From positions 1,023 through 65,022 of the IMG/VR virus record IMGVR_UViG_3300044712_000264: a stretch of DNA of 64,000 nucleotides; one strand, 5' to 3'. Shown one piece after another: positions 40,601-47,374 of the stretch. How positions within the stretch are numbered: position 1 is the stretch's first letter; each line of letters starts with the position of its first letter. A model generated the notes under the pieces. The model was not told the origin of the DNA and ran no database searches. It saw nothing but the letters and a program-made list of their open reading frames with translations. The stretch is from a virus. Its lineage: Duplodnaviria > Caudoviricetes. A program made the position numbers and the translations under genes.

Positions 40601-42809
40601 GTCAACCATCGGAGCATGGGAACAAGCCTACGGCGACGAGTACGTCCCACTGCAACGTGAGGAAATGGAGAACGGCATGGGCATCGGCCAGGGCATCAGC
40701 ACCCGTGGAAGTGCCAGCAAGCGATTCATGGGAAGCGATAAGAAGGTGGTAAACATCTTCTCAAACATCGTCATGGCGCATGAGCGGGCCATCACCCGCA
40801 GCGAGAAAAAGCGTATTGGTGAAGCGCTCTACGGCCTGGTGCTCAAGGCGCCCAACCCCGACTTCTGGTTTGCAATTGACCCTGCATTGCAGCAAAACCC
40901 GAAGAAGGTCATGGACACCATGATGCAGCTTGTCAACATGGGCCTGGACCCCGCAGACGCGGACAGCATTGCCAGAGAGCCGACGACACGCTACATCAAC
41001 CCAATCACCAAGACGGTGGAGTCACGCATCAATCCAGCCATGCGCAATGCAGAAAACGTTCTGGCCGTTCGCATTGATGGCGAGGATAAGTTCGTGTTCT
41101 TCAACAAGAAGGATGAGCGTGCCATGCGTATGGTCAAGGCGCTAAAAAATCTTGATTCTGACCAGTTGGGAGAGGTAATGGGCGCTGTATCCAAGGCCAC
41201 CCGCTACTTTTCGGCCATCAATACGCAGTTCAATCCGATCTTCGGCGTGACCAACCTGCTGCGCGACATTCAGACGGGCATGCTCAATCTGCAATCCACC
41301 GCACTCAAAGGCAAGCAAGGTGCCATCGCCAAGAACGTGGTACCGGCACTGATGGGCATCTATTCTGACTTGCGCAAACACCGTGCAGGGAAAGCGGCAA
41401 CATCTGACTATGCGAAGCTGTTCGAAGAGTTTCAGCGCGAAGGTGGCGCAACGGGATACCGTGATATGTTTGCCAATGCGAAAGAACGCGCAGACGCAAT
41501 CGAGCAAGAGATCAAAGACATCGGCGCTGGCAAGGCCAAGCAGTTGGGTAAAGGAATCCTTGGCTGGTTGAGTGACTACAACGAAGCAATGGAGAACTCT
41601 GTGCGATTGTCAGCGTACAAGGTTGCCAAGGAACAGGGCATGAGCAACCAGCAAGCTGCTAGCCTTGCCAAGAATCTGACGGTGAACTTCAACCGCAAGG
41701 GGCAAGTGGCGCTACAGGCTGGTGCGCTGTATGCGTTCTTCAATGCCAGTGTGCAGGGCACTGCGCGCATCGCCCAGACTCTTACCGAAGATGGCAAGCT
41801 GTCTACCGTTGGAAAGCAGATCCTCATCGGAGGATTGACGCTGGGTGCCATGCAGGCCGTATTACTGGCCGCTGCGGGGTTTGACGATGGGGAGCCTCCA
41901 GACTTCGTGCGCGAGAGGAATCTGATTATCCCGATTGGCGGAAGCAAGTATGTCTCCATCCCCATGCCGCTGGGCTTCCACGTGATACCAGGCCTTGCGC
42001 GCATTCCTACAGAGTGGGCCATGGGCGGATTCAAGAACACGCCAAAGCGCATCGCCCAGATCGCAGCCATGTTCGCTGAGGCCATGAACCCCATTGGGTC
42101 TGCGGGATTGTCGATGCAAACACTGGCGCCCACAGTGCTCGATCCGTTTGCTGCTTTGACTGAAAACAGAGACTGGACAGGTAAGCCGATTGCCAAGTTG
42201 GACTTTAACTCCCTGCGCCCCACTGCGGGCCACACGCGGGCAAAGGACACCGCCACGCCCTGGGCTACGTTCCTATCCAAAGCAGTCAACTACGCAACAG
42301 GTGGAGACGAGTACAAACCAGGAGTTGCGAGTCCAACGCCAGACCAGATTGATTACCTGATCGGCCAGGTTACGGGTGGCGTTGGCCGCGAGATCAGCAA
42401 GGCATCACAGGTGGTGAAATCAGCAACGACAGGTGAGGATTTGCCACTGTTCAAGACACCATTGATTGGGCGCTTTGTCGGAACCACAGAAGGCAATGCA
42501 GCCGAATCAAGCCGGTTCTATGAGAACCTGAAACAGATCGGCGCGCACAAAGCCGAGATTGATGGCCTCAAGCGGGACCACAAGCCATTGGAAATCATTC
42601 GATACCTGCGCGAGAACCCGGATGCGCAACTGTTGACTGCTGCGACGCACGTTGAAGAGCAGATTCAGAAATTGACGCACCTACGGCGCGCACTGGTTAA
42701 GAAAGATACGCCACCGGAGCGCGTTAAGGCAATAAACGATCAGATCACAGCCAGGATGGCGCAGTTCAACAAGATGGTGAAGCAGAGGGAGTTGGCGGGG
42801 GCGGGGTGA
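31692..42809 (+). CDS. Giant DarB-like polyvalent virion protein (SF2 helicase + N6-adenine MTase + HExxH metallopeptidase + LPD38-like C-terminus)
   Basis: NGTGTGKT (~36231), DEAH (~36492), SATP, QEGRIYR; EPSAGHG (~38160), NPPF (~38346); LHEMVH (~39570); C-terminal LTVNFNRKG/LYAFFNASVQG/IPMPLGF. Confidence 0.85.
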   Translation: MAFEFDSSTAQAENTFDWATAVPYESPKPPSLTDRLGFGIRNTIDYGRIAATNDKDEIAGIVADVDSRRTAPTHEQVQMQKEYDPYRQRANEADGVVDTTLAYGSAAAKRLGQFAQHPREFAGMIAENLPNSAPGMAAGLAGAALGSQVLPGWGTAVGGVVGGTAGGYAVEQGSSMLEQIQKEAQARGINPQDKAAMSAMIGEKYSEFLPASQRKGVGTAGTDALLNTLTMGVAGAGERVLAKEARALAEGVKDGSISATKAAEISADISARNAAMNTLGAKTLRGAGITGSEMAGEGLSEAAGQKYAYGNVDAGDVIDESLLGLGQGVGMAAGHKAIDRVTGASDSNQIDDYLKATAPQQQETPPDQPPLIGSNPDAGAMVVFKDGTTAYRSDFENALAAMPEDERAATMARVMGYAPQSANPDESAINPDDPAIPPQQTKSEAMGLVPTDAPSITNAAIAAVETGAHDIEQENAAQEQASTLEQAAHATKVEAPKVDQKNIAIEIAKSLREGIAADAQAGVIRPPQEQERSMLLGLLDVQDGGNLSNQELESRLSAKQRKDFEWLQNFSASESIATARRNAQQQPTTQSDLPTTPTTGETYGNQNPSTQQKISSQQSPGQDANADAQGQKGLLNPQTLAQHPYSTNSGDAQNNDQTTQAIAPEAQQPAQQPGAKPTPAPLSVPDRLRAQREQLSAPALPSINLPKDERQRQQALKGELRDRLGLTPGQTQAAPKRSPFKEFIVANGISDSPADVVGESNAFRANNILPRAFRKNGLSLDALAERAVQAGYITQDDLDAGNAHTVLASMIQDEVAGRKVHLPMNMQTDDAAAKMESYRRAEMEDAADKYGLPYDQYTRTDNLASMVRRVQTRLEQPDPTGLLKPERILRNAQDAVARIERKRAQESERYQQFAKLTSNEQDAAIDVLTGDNGHPIFARRADLDAHAAWHQAQQQWSDLYGEAYTPDNAEQQSVGKDQAPTAGITEASPGSAQGNDTAAQPGSAPVQDGTGQDQQEQTFGLTSPNRSDVLTQQAAIEAEAARKEQGGDKPITRKVTADQVDLFNPQGGLFDAPADDPAPPPTNLKEGLERIRAKNAPAEKLPAGWTESAPGRLATNEDPATGGIVDTAIGTGKWFAISNETNGRIPGDFNTRAEAIAALGTQDKTGSTTDATDLNAMFDDVLSEELARRQPAESPKSVPEKIRAARAKRKQGPRTATQATVSAVKNTASALNNAIDGLGALFGGNTSGRLGSGLSFDEDTYAKAKPLFQAAIANLADAGSDIKEAMRAIVKMVLDKFGSAAAQNMKPYVVRFIQDVQSGNDAATTDNHGNGVSNVPSTDNSVERNSAVASAERTVGYAIQDDAGGTTVRPGEAGGRTTGSTGRGQQDGDSVPTGSTTATGERGNQRLHHVGGQSELTSIVTGADFSERGGDSGITGVPPEPISTSQVDAAADQSHTGLKAGIERARANKVPVTTGDIDNIRATLPQLLPGQQEDVKLAETRFAKVDGYGMLFTNGTGTGKTFSGLGVIKRFALQGKNNTLIVAPDNKIGTDWIDAGKRLGLDITLLKDTKDSGKGIVITTYANLGENDTLASRKWDLVVSDEAHSLMQAANGEPTSYLYNLRAITNHPDGAHTRFNMLHRAELDRATALGKGIEEIERDMSASDTTDMRRSSLEAKSEKMQSELGDLRKKLDAAKAKVLAEVKASQGAGRTRLVALSATPFAYEKTIDWANGYLFDYNEGQASEEGSFRGYNAGSNKDRYMMQHFGYSMRYNKLTQPDSKVDRGLMQRQWNASLKKSGALSGRMLEVKPDYDRRFILVESAIGNRIDEALDWISEQRQAEKGQGPYSDLGDAINEQFKYLQKRYLLEAIKATEVIPIVKQHLAMGRKVVVFHDYKKGGGFNPFRVNTAVKSDMAAAVREFEAKFKDLVNAPLGSMPSPIEVFSRELPQTLLINGDEKQADLLKRYKSFQDDANGPQVMLVQSAKNKGWSGHDTTGKHQRVLINLGQPTAPTLAIQQEGRIYRTGQASDAIMRYMNTGTNWERWTFATTIAGRASTAENLGMGEMARALKDSFIQSFEESDAYPPGHENEGKGGKERDKAANDAITEYDRAKTFYFGQQKKNSKTKAQEGADYFATPEPIGLKMAQWLDARGGEDVLEPSAGHGAIARWIPDNTSRTAIEPSLTLRSRMAMVMNPTEDRIIDGTFEDHHVGNKYDGIAMNPPFGSGGKTAIDHLAKAATHLRDGGRIVALIPTGPAADKKFDKWFYDKSERPVKPLFKSDAGDVRKGDTVYVYDEYQKKERPFIVGSYDSKNNLFFDVGRTIGWGTHEVRRVERTGTQTESFNAAEGLQLVANIKLPQVAFERAGTSVATRIVVLEKGGANVMQRDRDYSGITDINELFDKLEHLDFAARTKPVEAAPVEATKAEKPATAPKPAKSAANEGDEVSINGKKYEIQIYTTNVGKAKRGIWMDSKTEASKYSARTFTHSSNKGKWFVDEYWFPKDSEIIKPSTQQSHISNGDSSYEETAKVQAGIEGKSLIDAARFIEQTGTPAQAEIAKQVISKLERLQASSVKLELIVAHRGDQVPAQMGKSRGYTESGFDNKGRDITVWVAGADVTGRVGTDYETVLHEMVHAATMGVVQFGRTNPNSLAGKHVRDLSAVTSAISSHIIDRFAQADSGKTELTEFEKDVRAGANNAFRGIDEVLSWALTSPQAQSYLEGIPYKNQNLWTKLVQAIRTLLGLSPTADTALSEVLRVAENLMASDLNDHAMQAFWHKRGIGMSTIQAAGSIVLPKKNGPKSLITNQALPTTWQAPDATKMDDFIYSMQDKNIDTRRVIDTINQTIGAINEQQNPYLQEELYHGRAAMATKEFLEKQVRPLLVELRTRGITMEDLEAYLHNRHAEARNIQAAKINPDNQDMQDGGSGIKTADARAYLAALTPAQTTAFKSLAAKVEKITQSTRELLVSSGLEKQSTIGAWEQAYGDEYVPLQREEMENGMGIGQGISTRGSASKRFMGSDKKVVNIFSNIVMAHERAITRSEKKRIGEALYGLVLKAPNPDFWFAIDPALQQNPKKVMDTMMQLVNMGLDPADADSIAREPTTRYINPITKTVESRINPAMRNAENVLAVRIDGEDKFVFFNKKDERAMRMVKALKNLDSDQLGEVMGAVSKATRYFSAINTQFNPIFGVTNLLRDIQTGMLNLQSTALKGKQGAIAKNVVPALMGIYSDLRKHRAGKAATSDYAKLFEEFQREGGATGYRDMFANAKERADAIEQEIKDIGAGKAKQLGKGILGWLSDYNEAMENSVRLSAYKVAKEQGMSNQQAASLAKNLTVNFNRKGQVALQAGALYAFFNASVQGTARIAQTLTEDGKLSTVGKQILIGGLTLGAMQAVLLAAAGFDDGEPPDFVRERNLIIPIGGSKYVSIPMPLGFHVIPGLARIPTEWAMGGFKNTPKRIAQIAAMFAEAMNPIGSAGLSMQTLAPTVLDPFAALTENRDWTGKPIAKLDFNSLRPTAGHTRAKDTATPWATFLSKAVNYATGGDEYKPGVASPTPDQIDYLIGQVTGGVGREISKASQVVKSATTGEDLPLFKTPLIGRFVGTTEGNAAESSRFYENLKQIGAHKAEIDGLKRDHKPLEIIRYLRENPDAQLLTAATHVEEQIQKLTHLRRALVKKDTPPERVKAINDQITARMAQFNKMVKQRELAGAG
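33499..33597 (+). CDS. Nested +1-frame small basic protein (32 aa)
   Basis: AGGAG-6nt-ATG; MATKTPVPSKKSAPSKAPAKMPMQMPKGKKGC. Confidence 0.5.
   Translation: MATKTPVPSKKSAPSKAPAKMPMQMPKGKKGC
34570..34755 (+). CDS. Nested +1-frame protein (61 aa)
   Basis: GGAG-8nt-ATG; helical VSEKIKHLPLESQKRVLEALKEMI. Confidence 0.45.
   Translation: MAKPTPPTMPNNRVSEKIKHLPLESQKRVLEALKEMIPQHNREALQFKMEQAKTSKSKPSD
35692..36066 (+). CDS. Nested +1-frame globular protein (124 aa)
   Basis: GGAG-6nt-ATG; ordered amphipathic helical sequence while the host frame is G/S/T low-complexity. Confidence 0.6.
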   Translation: MYQVPTIVWNEIAQSQALSEPWGTLFRMTQEELPSGLEKLVDEPLEAQGADNRTVIAYRLVAPLLQENEAISDYIMLVDNPSLRASLPELTSVNEAVILASQEYLLNPSQQAKLTQLLTKAIQG

Positions 42810-42960
42810 TGTGCCCGTCAAAATGAATCACGCCATACTTTTCTGGATCAAGCACCTCGCCAAATGCGCCGATTGGCGAGACGCCATCCCAGCCAACTAG
42901 GTAGTTGTCAACGATTGGTAAGAAACTCCCGACGATGTTGGTTGCGGTAGGTTTATCCAT
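42766..42960 (-). CDS. Small antisense-oriented moron protein (leaderless)
   Basis: TATACT 6 nt upstream of ATG 42960; convergent overlap with the end of the giant gene. Confidence 0.45.
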   Translation of the reverse strand: MDKPTATNIVGSFLPIVDNYLVGWDGVSPIGAFGEVLDPEKYGVIHFDGHITPPPPTPSASPSC

Positions 42961-42984
42961 GCTGCAAGTATAGGCCGCCAATCG

Positions 42985-43019
42985 CAGAGTTTGTCATTCC
43001 AGCGTCACACAAAGACAAT
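42985..43019 (+). promoter_or_regulatory. Late promoter 4 (lysis)
   Basis: CAGAGT-TTGTCA-17-GACAAT. Confidence 0.65.
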
Positions 43020-43049
43020 TGCTTGATACCCAAGCTACCAAGAGGGTCT

Positions 43050-43481
43050 ATGACCGCTGAAATCCCCCCCATTGTCCCCGCACCATCAGACGAACGACGC
43101 GCCGGTGAGCGCCGCAAAGGCTGGCACACCCCAGACGACTGCCCAAAGGTGACTGAGTTCAAGGATGCTGTCGATTCTATTTTCGCTCACCTTAAAGAAG
43201 GCAACGCCCGCATGGAGGCCATGGAGGCGGCGATCTTCGAGAACAACCGCATCGCCACAGAGAACCTGCAGCGGCTCGAAAAGAAGCAGGACGTGAACCA
43301 GGCAGTCACGGACGGCATCGCTGAAATCCTCGAAATGGGCCGGGGAGTATTCAAGTTTTTCTTTTTCACAGGCAAATGGCTGCGCAGGATCGTCATGTTT
43401 CTCGGCCCACCTATCACAGTAATCGTCACCCTGTTTACGGCCTGCATCGGACTGTGGTACGCACTCAAGCCGCCCAAATGA
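43050..43481 (+). CDS. Holin-like membrane protein
   Basis: Coiled coil plus C-terminal TM segment; first gene of the lysis cassette. Confidence 0.5.
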   Translation: MTAEIPPIVPAPSDERRAGERRKGWHTPDDCPKVTEFKDAVDSIFAHLKEGNARMEAMEAAIFENNRIATENLQRLEKKQDVNQAVTDGIAEILEMGRGVFKFFFFTGKWLRRIVMFLGPPITVIVTLFTACIGLWYALKPPK

Positions 43482-43650
43482 TATGGACCCCGCACTAATC
43501 ACCTACATCTGTATCACCACAGTTGCACTAATCGTGGCGTTCCCAAGGTTTTGATATGCACGCCAAGCCCCACAGCACAGCGTACCGGGCTGCAAATGCC
43601 GTTGTTCTGCTGTGGTGGACGGCAATTGTGTTTATTGCAAGGAGGACACC

Positions 43651-43821
43651 ATGGAAATCACTTTAGCCATGCGGGTGCTGGATGCAATGGCATCCCAACT
43701 TGAAGCGCTGAAAGAACGAATTGAGATGGCCGAAGCGCGCATCAAAGAGTTGCAGAAAAAAGGCGAATGCTCTTGTCAGACGTGGCGGGAGCATACCCAG
43801 TTGCCCAGGGATGAAGGATGA
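43651..43821 (+). CDS. Small coiled-coil protein
   Basis: GGAGG SD; ATGA-coupled to endolysin. Confidence 0.6.
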   Translation: MEITLAMRVLDAMASQLEALKERIEMAEARIKELQKKGECSCQTWREHTQLPRDEG

Positions 43822-44288
43822 ACAAGCGCATAACAACTGCCCTGGCCATCGCCACAGCGCTGGCGATACCAGCAGAGGGCATATTCACCCGTTGGTATTT
43901 TGATCCGGTTGGTATCGCTACTGTCTGTGCAGGACACACGAAGAATGTGGACAAGTCCAAGGTCTACACAGTTGCTGAATGCAAAGCGTTGTTGAACAAG
44001 GAGATGGGTGATGTCGTACAGAGGTTGGACACGTGTAGGCCAGGGCTACCGATCAACGTACTCGCGGCGTTCAGCGATGCAGCTTTCAACGTCGGAGAAC
44101 ACATCGCCTGCGACTCAACCCGCTCAACAGCAGCTCGCCTACTTGCAGCGGGAAGATACGCAGAGGCATGTGCCCAGCTTCCGCGCTGGAATAGGGCTGT
44201 CGTCGGTGGAGTCTCAGTACCCTTATCAGGTCTGACTAAGCGTAGAGAGATGGAGCGTCAGGTCTGCTTGGGTGAGAGGCTTGAATGA
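43818..44288 (+). CDS. SAR-type lysozyme endolysin (GH24)
   Basis: N-terminal weak TM then E-8-D-5-T triad (EGIFTRWYFDPVGIAT), AFNVG, GLTKRREME. Confidence 0.92.
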   Translation: MNKRITTALAIATALAIPAEGIFTRWYFDPVGIATVCAGHTKNVDKSKVYTVAECKALLNKEMGDVVQRLDTCRPGLPINVLAAFSDAAFNVGEHIACDSTRSTAARLLAAGRYAEACAQLPRWNRAVVGGVSVPLSGLTKRREMERQVCLGERLE

Positions 44289-44725
44289 TGCGCTTGTGGC
44301 TGATTTGCGGAATACCGATGTGTCTCGTTTTGGCTTTTTTTGCGACATATCGCACCGGATATGTACACGGAAGCGACACAATTCAAGCTAAATGGGACGC
44401 CGAGAAAGCCGCAATCGTCACCGCCCAGCGCGACAAAGAGGCCGCGCTCCAGGCCAACATGGACAACCTCAGGACGGAGAAAAACAATGAACTTGCACGC
44501 CTTAATCGCCATGTGCGCGCTCTATCTGACAGCCTGCGCGACCGCCCCGACCGCCCCGCCGTGCCAGCGTCTACCCAAATTGGAGATGGTGCCATTGGAT
44601 GCACTGGAGCAACCCTTTACCGTTCAGATTCAGAATTTCTTATCAGGTTCTCTGAGCGAGCCGACACCCTCCGACTTGCCTTGAAAGCTTGCCAAGAGGC
44701 GTATCAAGCTGCATCCGGGCAATAA
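44285..44725 (+). CDS. Rz-like inner-membrane spanin
   Basis: N-terminal TM, coiled coil, after endolysin. Confidence 0.8.
   Translation: MMRLWLICGIPMCLVLAFFATYRTGYVHGSDTIQAKWDAEKAAIVTAQRDKEAALQANMDNLRTEKNNELARLNRHVRALSDSLRDRPDRPAVPASTQIGDGAIGCTGATLYRSDSEFLIRFSERADTLRLALKACQEAYQAASGQ
44487..44684 (+). CDS. Rz1-like outer-membrane lipoprotein spanin nested in Rz
   Basis: GGAG SD; lipobox LTAC; Pro-rich; +1 frame inside Rz. Confidence 0.8.
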   Translation: MNLHALIAMCALYLTACATAPTAPPCQRLPKLEMVPLDALEQPFTVQIQNFLSGSLSEPTPSDLP

Positions 44726-44746
44726 AAATCCCGCTACCTGAGCGGG
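44724..44746. terminator. Terminator between convergent lysis and moron genes
   Basis: AAAAAT-CCCGCT-ACCTG-AGCGGG. Confidence 0.5.
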
Positions 44747-44753
44747 CGTGGTT

Positions 44754-45074
44754 TTAATTCCGATGGTTATGCGCCGTGGCACCTAATCCTTCGTCCATGA
44801 GTTTATAAACCTCAGCGACGCTTAACCATCTGCCAGGGAATCCATTTTTAATGGCAACAGCATCAACATCTCTCTTCCATCGTGCGGAGTATTCGTCAGT
44901 TCTCTCCCAGCTACCCATTGGCTTCGGAGTAAGACATGGACCATAATAGTCGCGTGCATGCGACAAAACTGCCATAAGAGCACGAGGTGAATCTGGGTGC
45001 GCACCAGGCGGTTTTTCTACTGTGATTTCAAAGATTTCTCCGTTTGTTCCCCGCATTTGTTTGGTGATCTTCAT
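44754..45074 (-). CDS. Hypothetical protein
   Basis: ATGA-coupled chain downstream of the BRO gene. Confidence 0.55.
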   Translation of the reverse strand: MKITKQMRGTNGEIFEITVEKPPGAHPDSPRALMAVLSHARDYYGPCLTPKPMGSWERTDEYSARWKRDVDAVAIKNGFPGRWLSVAEVYKLMDEGLGATAHNHRN

Positions 45075-45346
45075 ATCTTCCCCTTGCGAATTAGACCCGG
45101 CGCGTGGCCGGGCGTGGTTTTAATTCCGTCGAATTCGACAGAATTAGACTTGCATCCGGCTTGCTGCAAACGCTTGGACAAGGCATCAACGCCAGCGCTC
45201 ACAATGGCATCCACCTTGCAACAGCGCCCGAACGGCATGTCTTTGGCCGCGCATGTGCATTCTCCCGGAGCTGCCACTTTTACTAACTCAGACGCCGGGA
45301 TTCCGCGTTCAATGTCTGCATCCTGAAATGGTGTGGATGCACTCAT
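45071..45346 (-). CDS. Hypothetical protein
   Basis: GGAGG SD, ATGA overlap. Confidence 0.55.
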   Translation of the reverse strand: MSASTPFQDADIERGIPASELVKVAAPGECTCAAKDMPFGRCCKVDAIVSAGVDALSKRLQQAGCKSNSVEFDGIKTTPGHAPGLIRKGKI

Positions 45347-46494
45347 GCTACTACCTCCACTTTGGCAGGCAACACCAGATCAAGCAGTTCTTGGAACTTG
45401 CTGACATACCACTCTGGCTGCGTTTCCTTCGGGTTGCTTGGATGCGTTGCGTTCTTGCCGTACTCCAAGTTGCGCACAGATTTGAATGTCTTTGTCCCGT
45501 TTGTGGACTTGCGCTCTACATCCTCCAGAATTCCATTTTCTACCAGTAAGCGATTGAACTTCACGGCACTCATACCAACATCAAACTCAGCCAACAAAGC
45601 GCTTGCCGTTTTTGTCACTTCGCTCGATCCGCTGGTAGAGCTTGCCGGCGCATCGGTGGCGTAATGTGGCAGCAGGCCGGCAACGCCAAGCTGTTGCTCG
45701 ATCCGCTGATACCCACCAAGCACAGCCGAAGGTGCCAGCTTCAAATCCTTGGCAGCGCTGCGAAGCAACAGGACACAGGCCGACACGTGGTCGCGGTTGC
45801 TTGAAATCCTTTTCTTTGGTTCCGGCTGTGGCTTCGCGCTGTAGCTCCCAGTCTTGCGGATCGTCGGCAACACTTCTTCAAAAAACCACGCCTCGAACTT
45901 TTGGGCTTCTGGCAGTTCGCTTTTGACTATCAGCCGGTACACGTCTGGTTCCGTCAGAACGCGCACATCCTGCATTCCTCCAGCGGTTTGAAGGGGGTAG
46001 CGTTTTGCTACCCCCTTGCAATGTTGCTTAATAGCGTCACTGGCATTGACGTATCCGAGCGCTTCGCACACGTCTTTCCCGACAAACAGAGGCTCGCCAT
46101 CTTCGTCAGTTACGACACGGATAGTTTTCGACTCAAAATTGAAAGGGGTGATTGAATTCATGATTTCTTTCTTTGCAGAAGGTTGTGGTGGTTGGGGAAC
46201 TGTTGTGACTGCATCGGCGTGATAGCCAGCCGTGTAGTCGGCCAAAGGGTTTTGACCTTTGGGATATTCGAGAATCAGCCTGTCGTCCTTCTTGAAGTCA
46301 GGGCGACCTGGAAGGTTGAAGATAGTGACTCCAAAGCGGACATTTCCGCTGACGACATCCAGATGCAAACTGCCGTCTGGTTTAGTCGTGACCGATTGAA
46401 CCGTGACCTTGAGGTGGGCGACGGTTGATTGATCGGGTGCAGGGGAAAAGAAAGGCAAGGCAGGCGCGGGCGCGCCAAGAGATGGTTTAGCCAT
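45343..46494 (-). CDS. BRO-N + KilAC-type antirepressor with N-terminal extension
   Basis: FNFESKTIRVV..PLFVGKDVCEALGY..EPDVYRLIVKS..WFFEEVLPTIRKTGSY; C-terminal MSAVKFNRLL..YGKN. Confidence 0.85.
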   Translation of the reverse strand: MAKPSLGAPAPALPFFSPAPDQSTVAHLKVTVQSVTTKPDGSLHLDVVSGNVRFGVTIFNLPGRPDFKKDDRLILEYPKGQNPLADYTAGYHADAVTTVPQPPQPSAKKEIMNSITPFNFESKTIRVVTDEDGEPLFVGKDVCEALGYVNASDAIKQHCKGVAKRYPLQTAGGMQDVRVLTEPDVYRLIVKSELPEAQKFEAWFFEEVLPTIRKTGSYSAKPQPEPKKRISSNRDHVSACVLLLRSAAKDLKLAPSAVLGGYQRIEQQLGVAGLLPHYATDAPASSTSGSSEVTKTASALLAEFDVGMSAVKFNRLLVENGILEDVERKSTNGTKTFKSVRNLEYGKNATHPSNPKETQPEWYVSKFQELLDLVLPAKVEVVA

Positions 46495-46747
46495 GATTTA
46501 CTCTTGTCAACAGGTTGTAAACCTGCCGCCAACGCTTCCAACGTTGGTGACAGACCGTGTGGGCGTTGGAAGACCGGGACAAGGACCGGCGCATCTTGCG
46601 ATGCCACCCACACAGCCCGTCATAACTGAGCATGTGTGTTGCGCATTAAAAAAGCAGCTAACCGTTACGGCGCTGCTTGTCGTTGCGCCTTGTCTTTTGG
46701 GCTTCCACACCCAGGCGCGATTGTAGCGTAGACTTTTTCATCTGCAA
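46495..46747 (-). promoter_or_regulatory. c4/ash-type cassette 2
   Basis: TTGCAG-16-TACAAT; a1 GGG-TGTGGAAG-CCC, b1 GACAAGG, terminator AAGCAGC..GCTGCTTTTTT, a2 ACG-TTGGAAG-CGT, b2 GACAAGAG. Confidence 0.8.
46548..46623 (-). ncRNA. c4-like antisense RNA 2 (seed CTTCCAAC / CCTTGTC)
   Basis: TGACGGGCTGTGTGGG..CCCACACGGTCTGTCA stem, GCATC-GCAA-GATGC arm, loops complementary to a/b sites. Confidence 0.75.
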
Positions 46748-47121
46748 GGGTATGCTTTTACCATGGCTGTGTAAACGAACATCGCGCCGCCTTGGTCGGT
46801 TGCAGGGAAAGCGGATATGTCTGAGTTGCGCAGTGTTTGGTACAGGTTGAAACTCACGACAAAATTATCGGGGCGACCGTCTTTCCCCATCGGAGGGCAA
46901 ATCGCCCGAGGTGCCAGGCCCAAATCCTGTACTGTCAGCACCGCAGACAGCATGCCACCAGATATAGACATGATCTCCAGCAACGTACTGACACCGATAA
47001 GAAGATTGACATTTTGCGCCGACCGCTTCAAATATGCAGGAGTGTATAAATCATCTGCGTGTGCCGATGTTGCCATAGACACAGTCAATGCCGCAGACAT
47101 AATGATGGGTAACAGTTTCAT
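46738..47121 (-). CDS. Exported protein, Rap1a/Tai immunity-like moron
   Basis: Sec signal (..SAHA|D), internal ICPP, C-terminal AMVKAYPC. Confidence 0.6.
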   Translation of the reverse strand: MKLLPIIMSAALTVSMATSAHADDLYTPAYLKRSAQNVNLLIGVSTLLEIMSISGGMLSAVLTVQDLGLAPRAICPPMGKDGRPDNFVVSFNLYQTLRNSDISAFPATDQGGAMFVYTAMVKAYPCR

Positions 47122-47374
47122 GGTTTACCTTTCAGGTGGTTGTTGTAAAAAAGCAGGCTAACCTATGGCCTGCGGCGAAACTTGCCAATGCTTGCAATGT
47201 CTACGCTTTGGGGCGTAGACATCCATAGGAAGAAAAGTTATTGTTTCGCTGAAAACTTTCCATAAGTTGCGCCCCACAAACAGAAAACCCGCCAGGGTGC
47301 GCTTACATGTAGAGGCGGGGCGGGTGTTGTTGGGGGGATTGTAAAACTGGTAAAACCACGAGTTTTCCGCTGTT

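Noticed and set aside
36418-41571. Other +1-frame ORFs inside the helicase/MTase/C-terminal region
   Set aside because: No SD-ATG pairs noticed, and they have Arg/Ser-rich shadow composition over well-formed frame-0 domains
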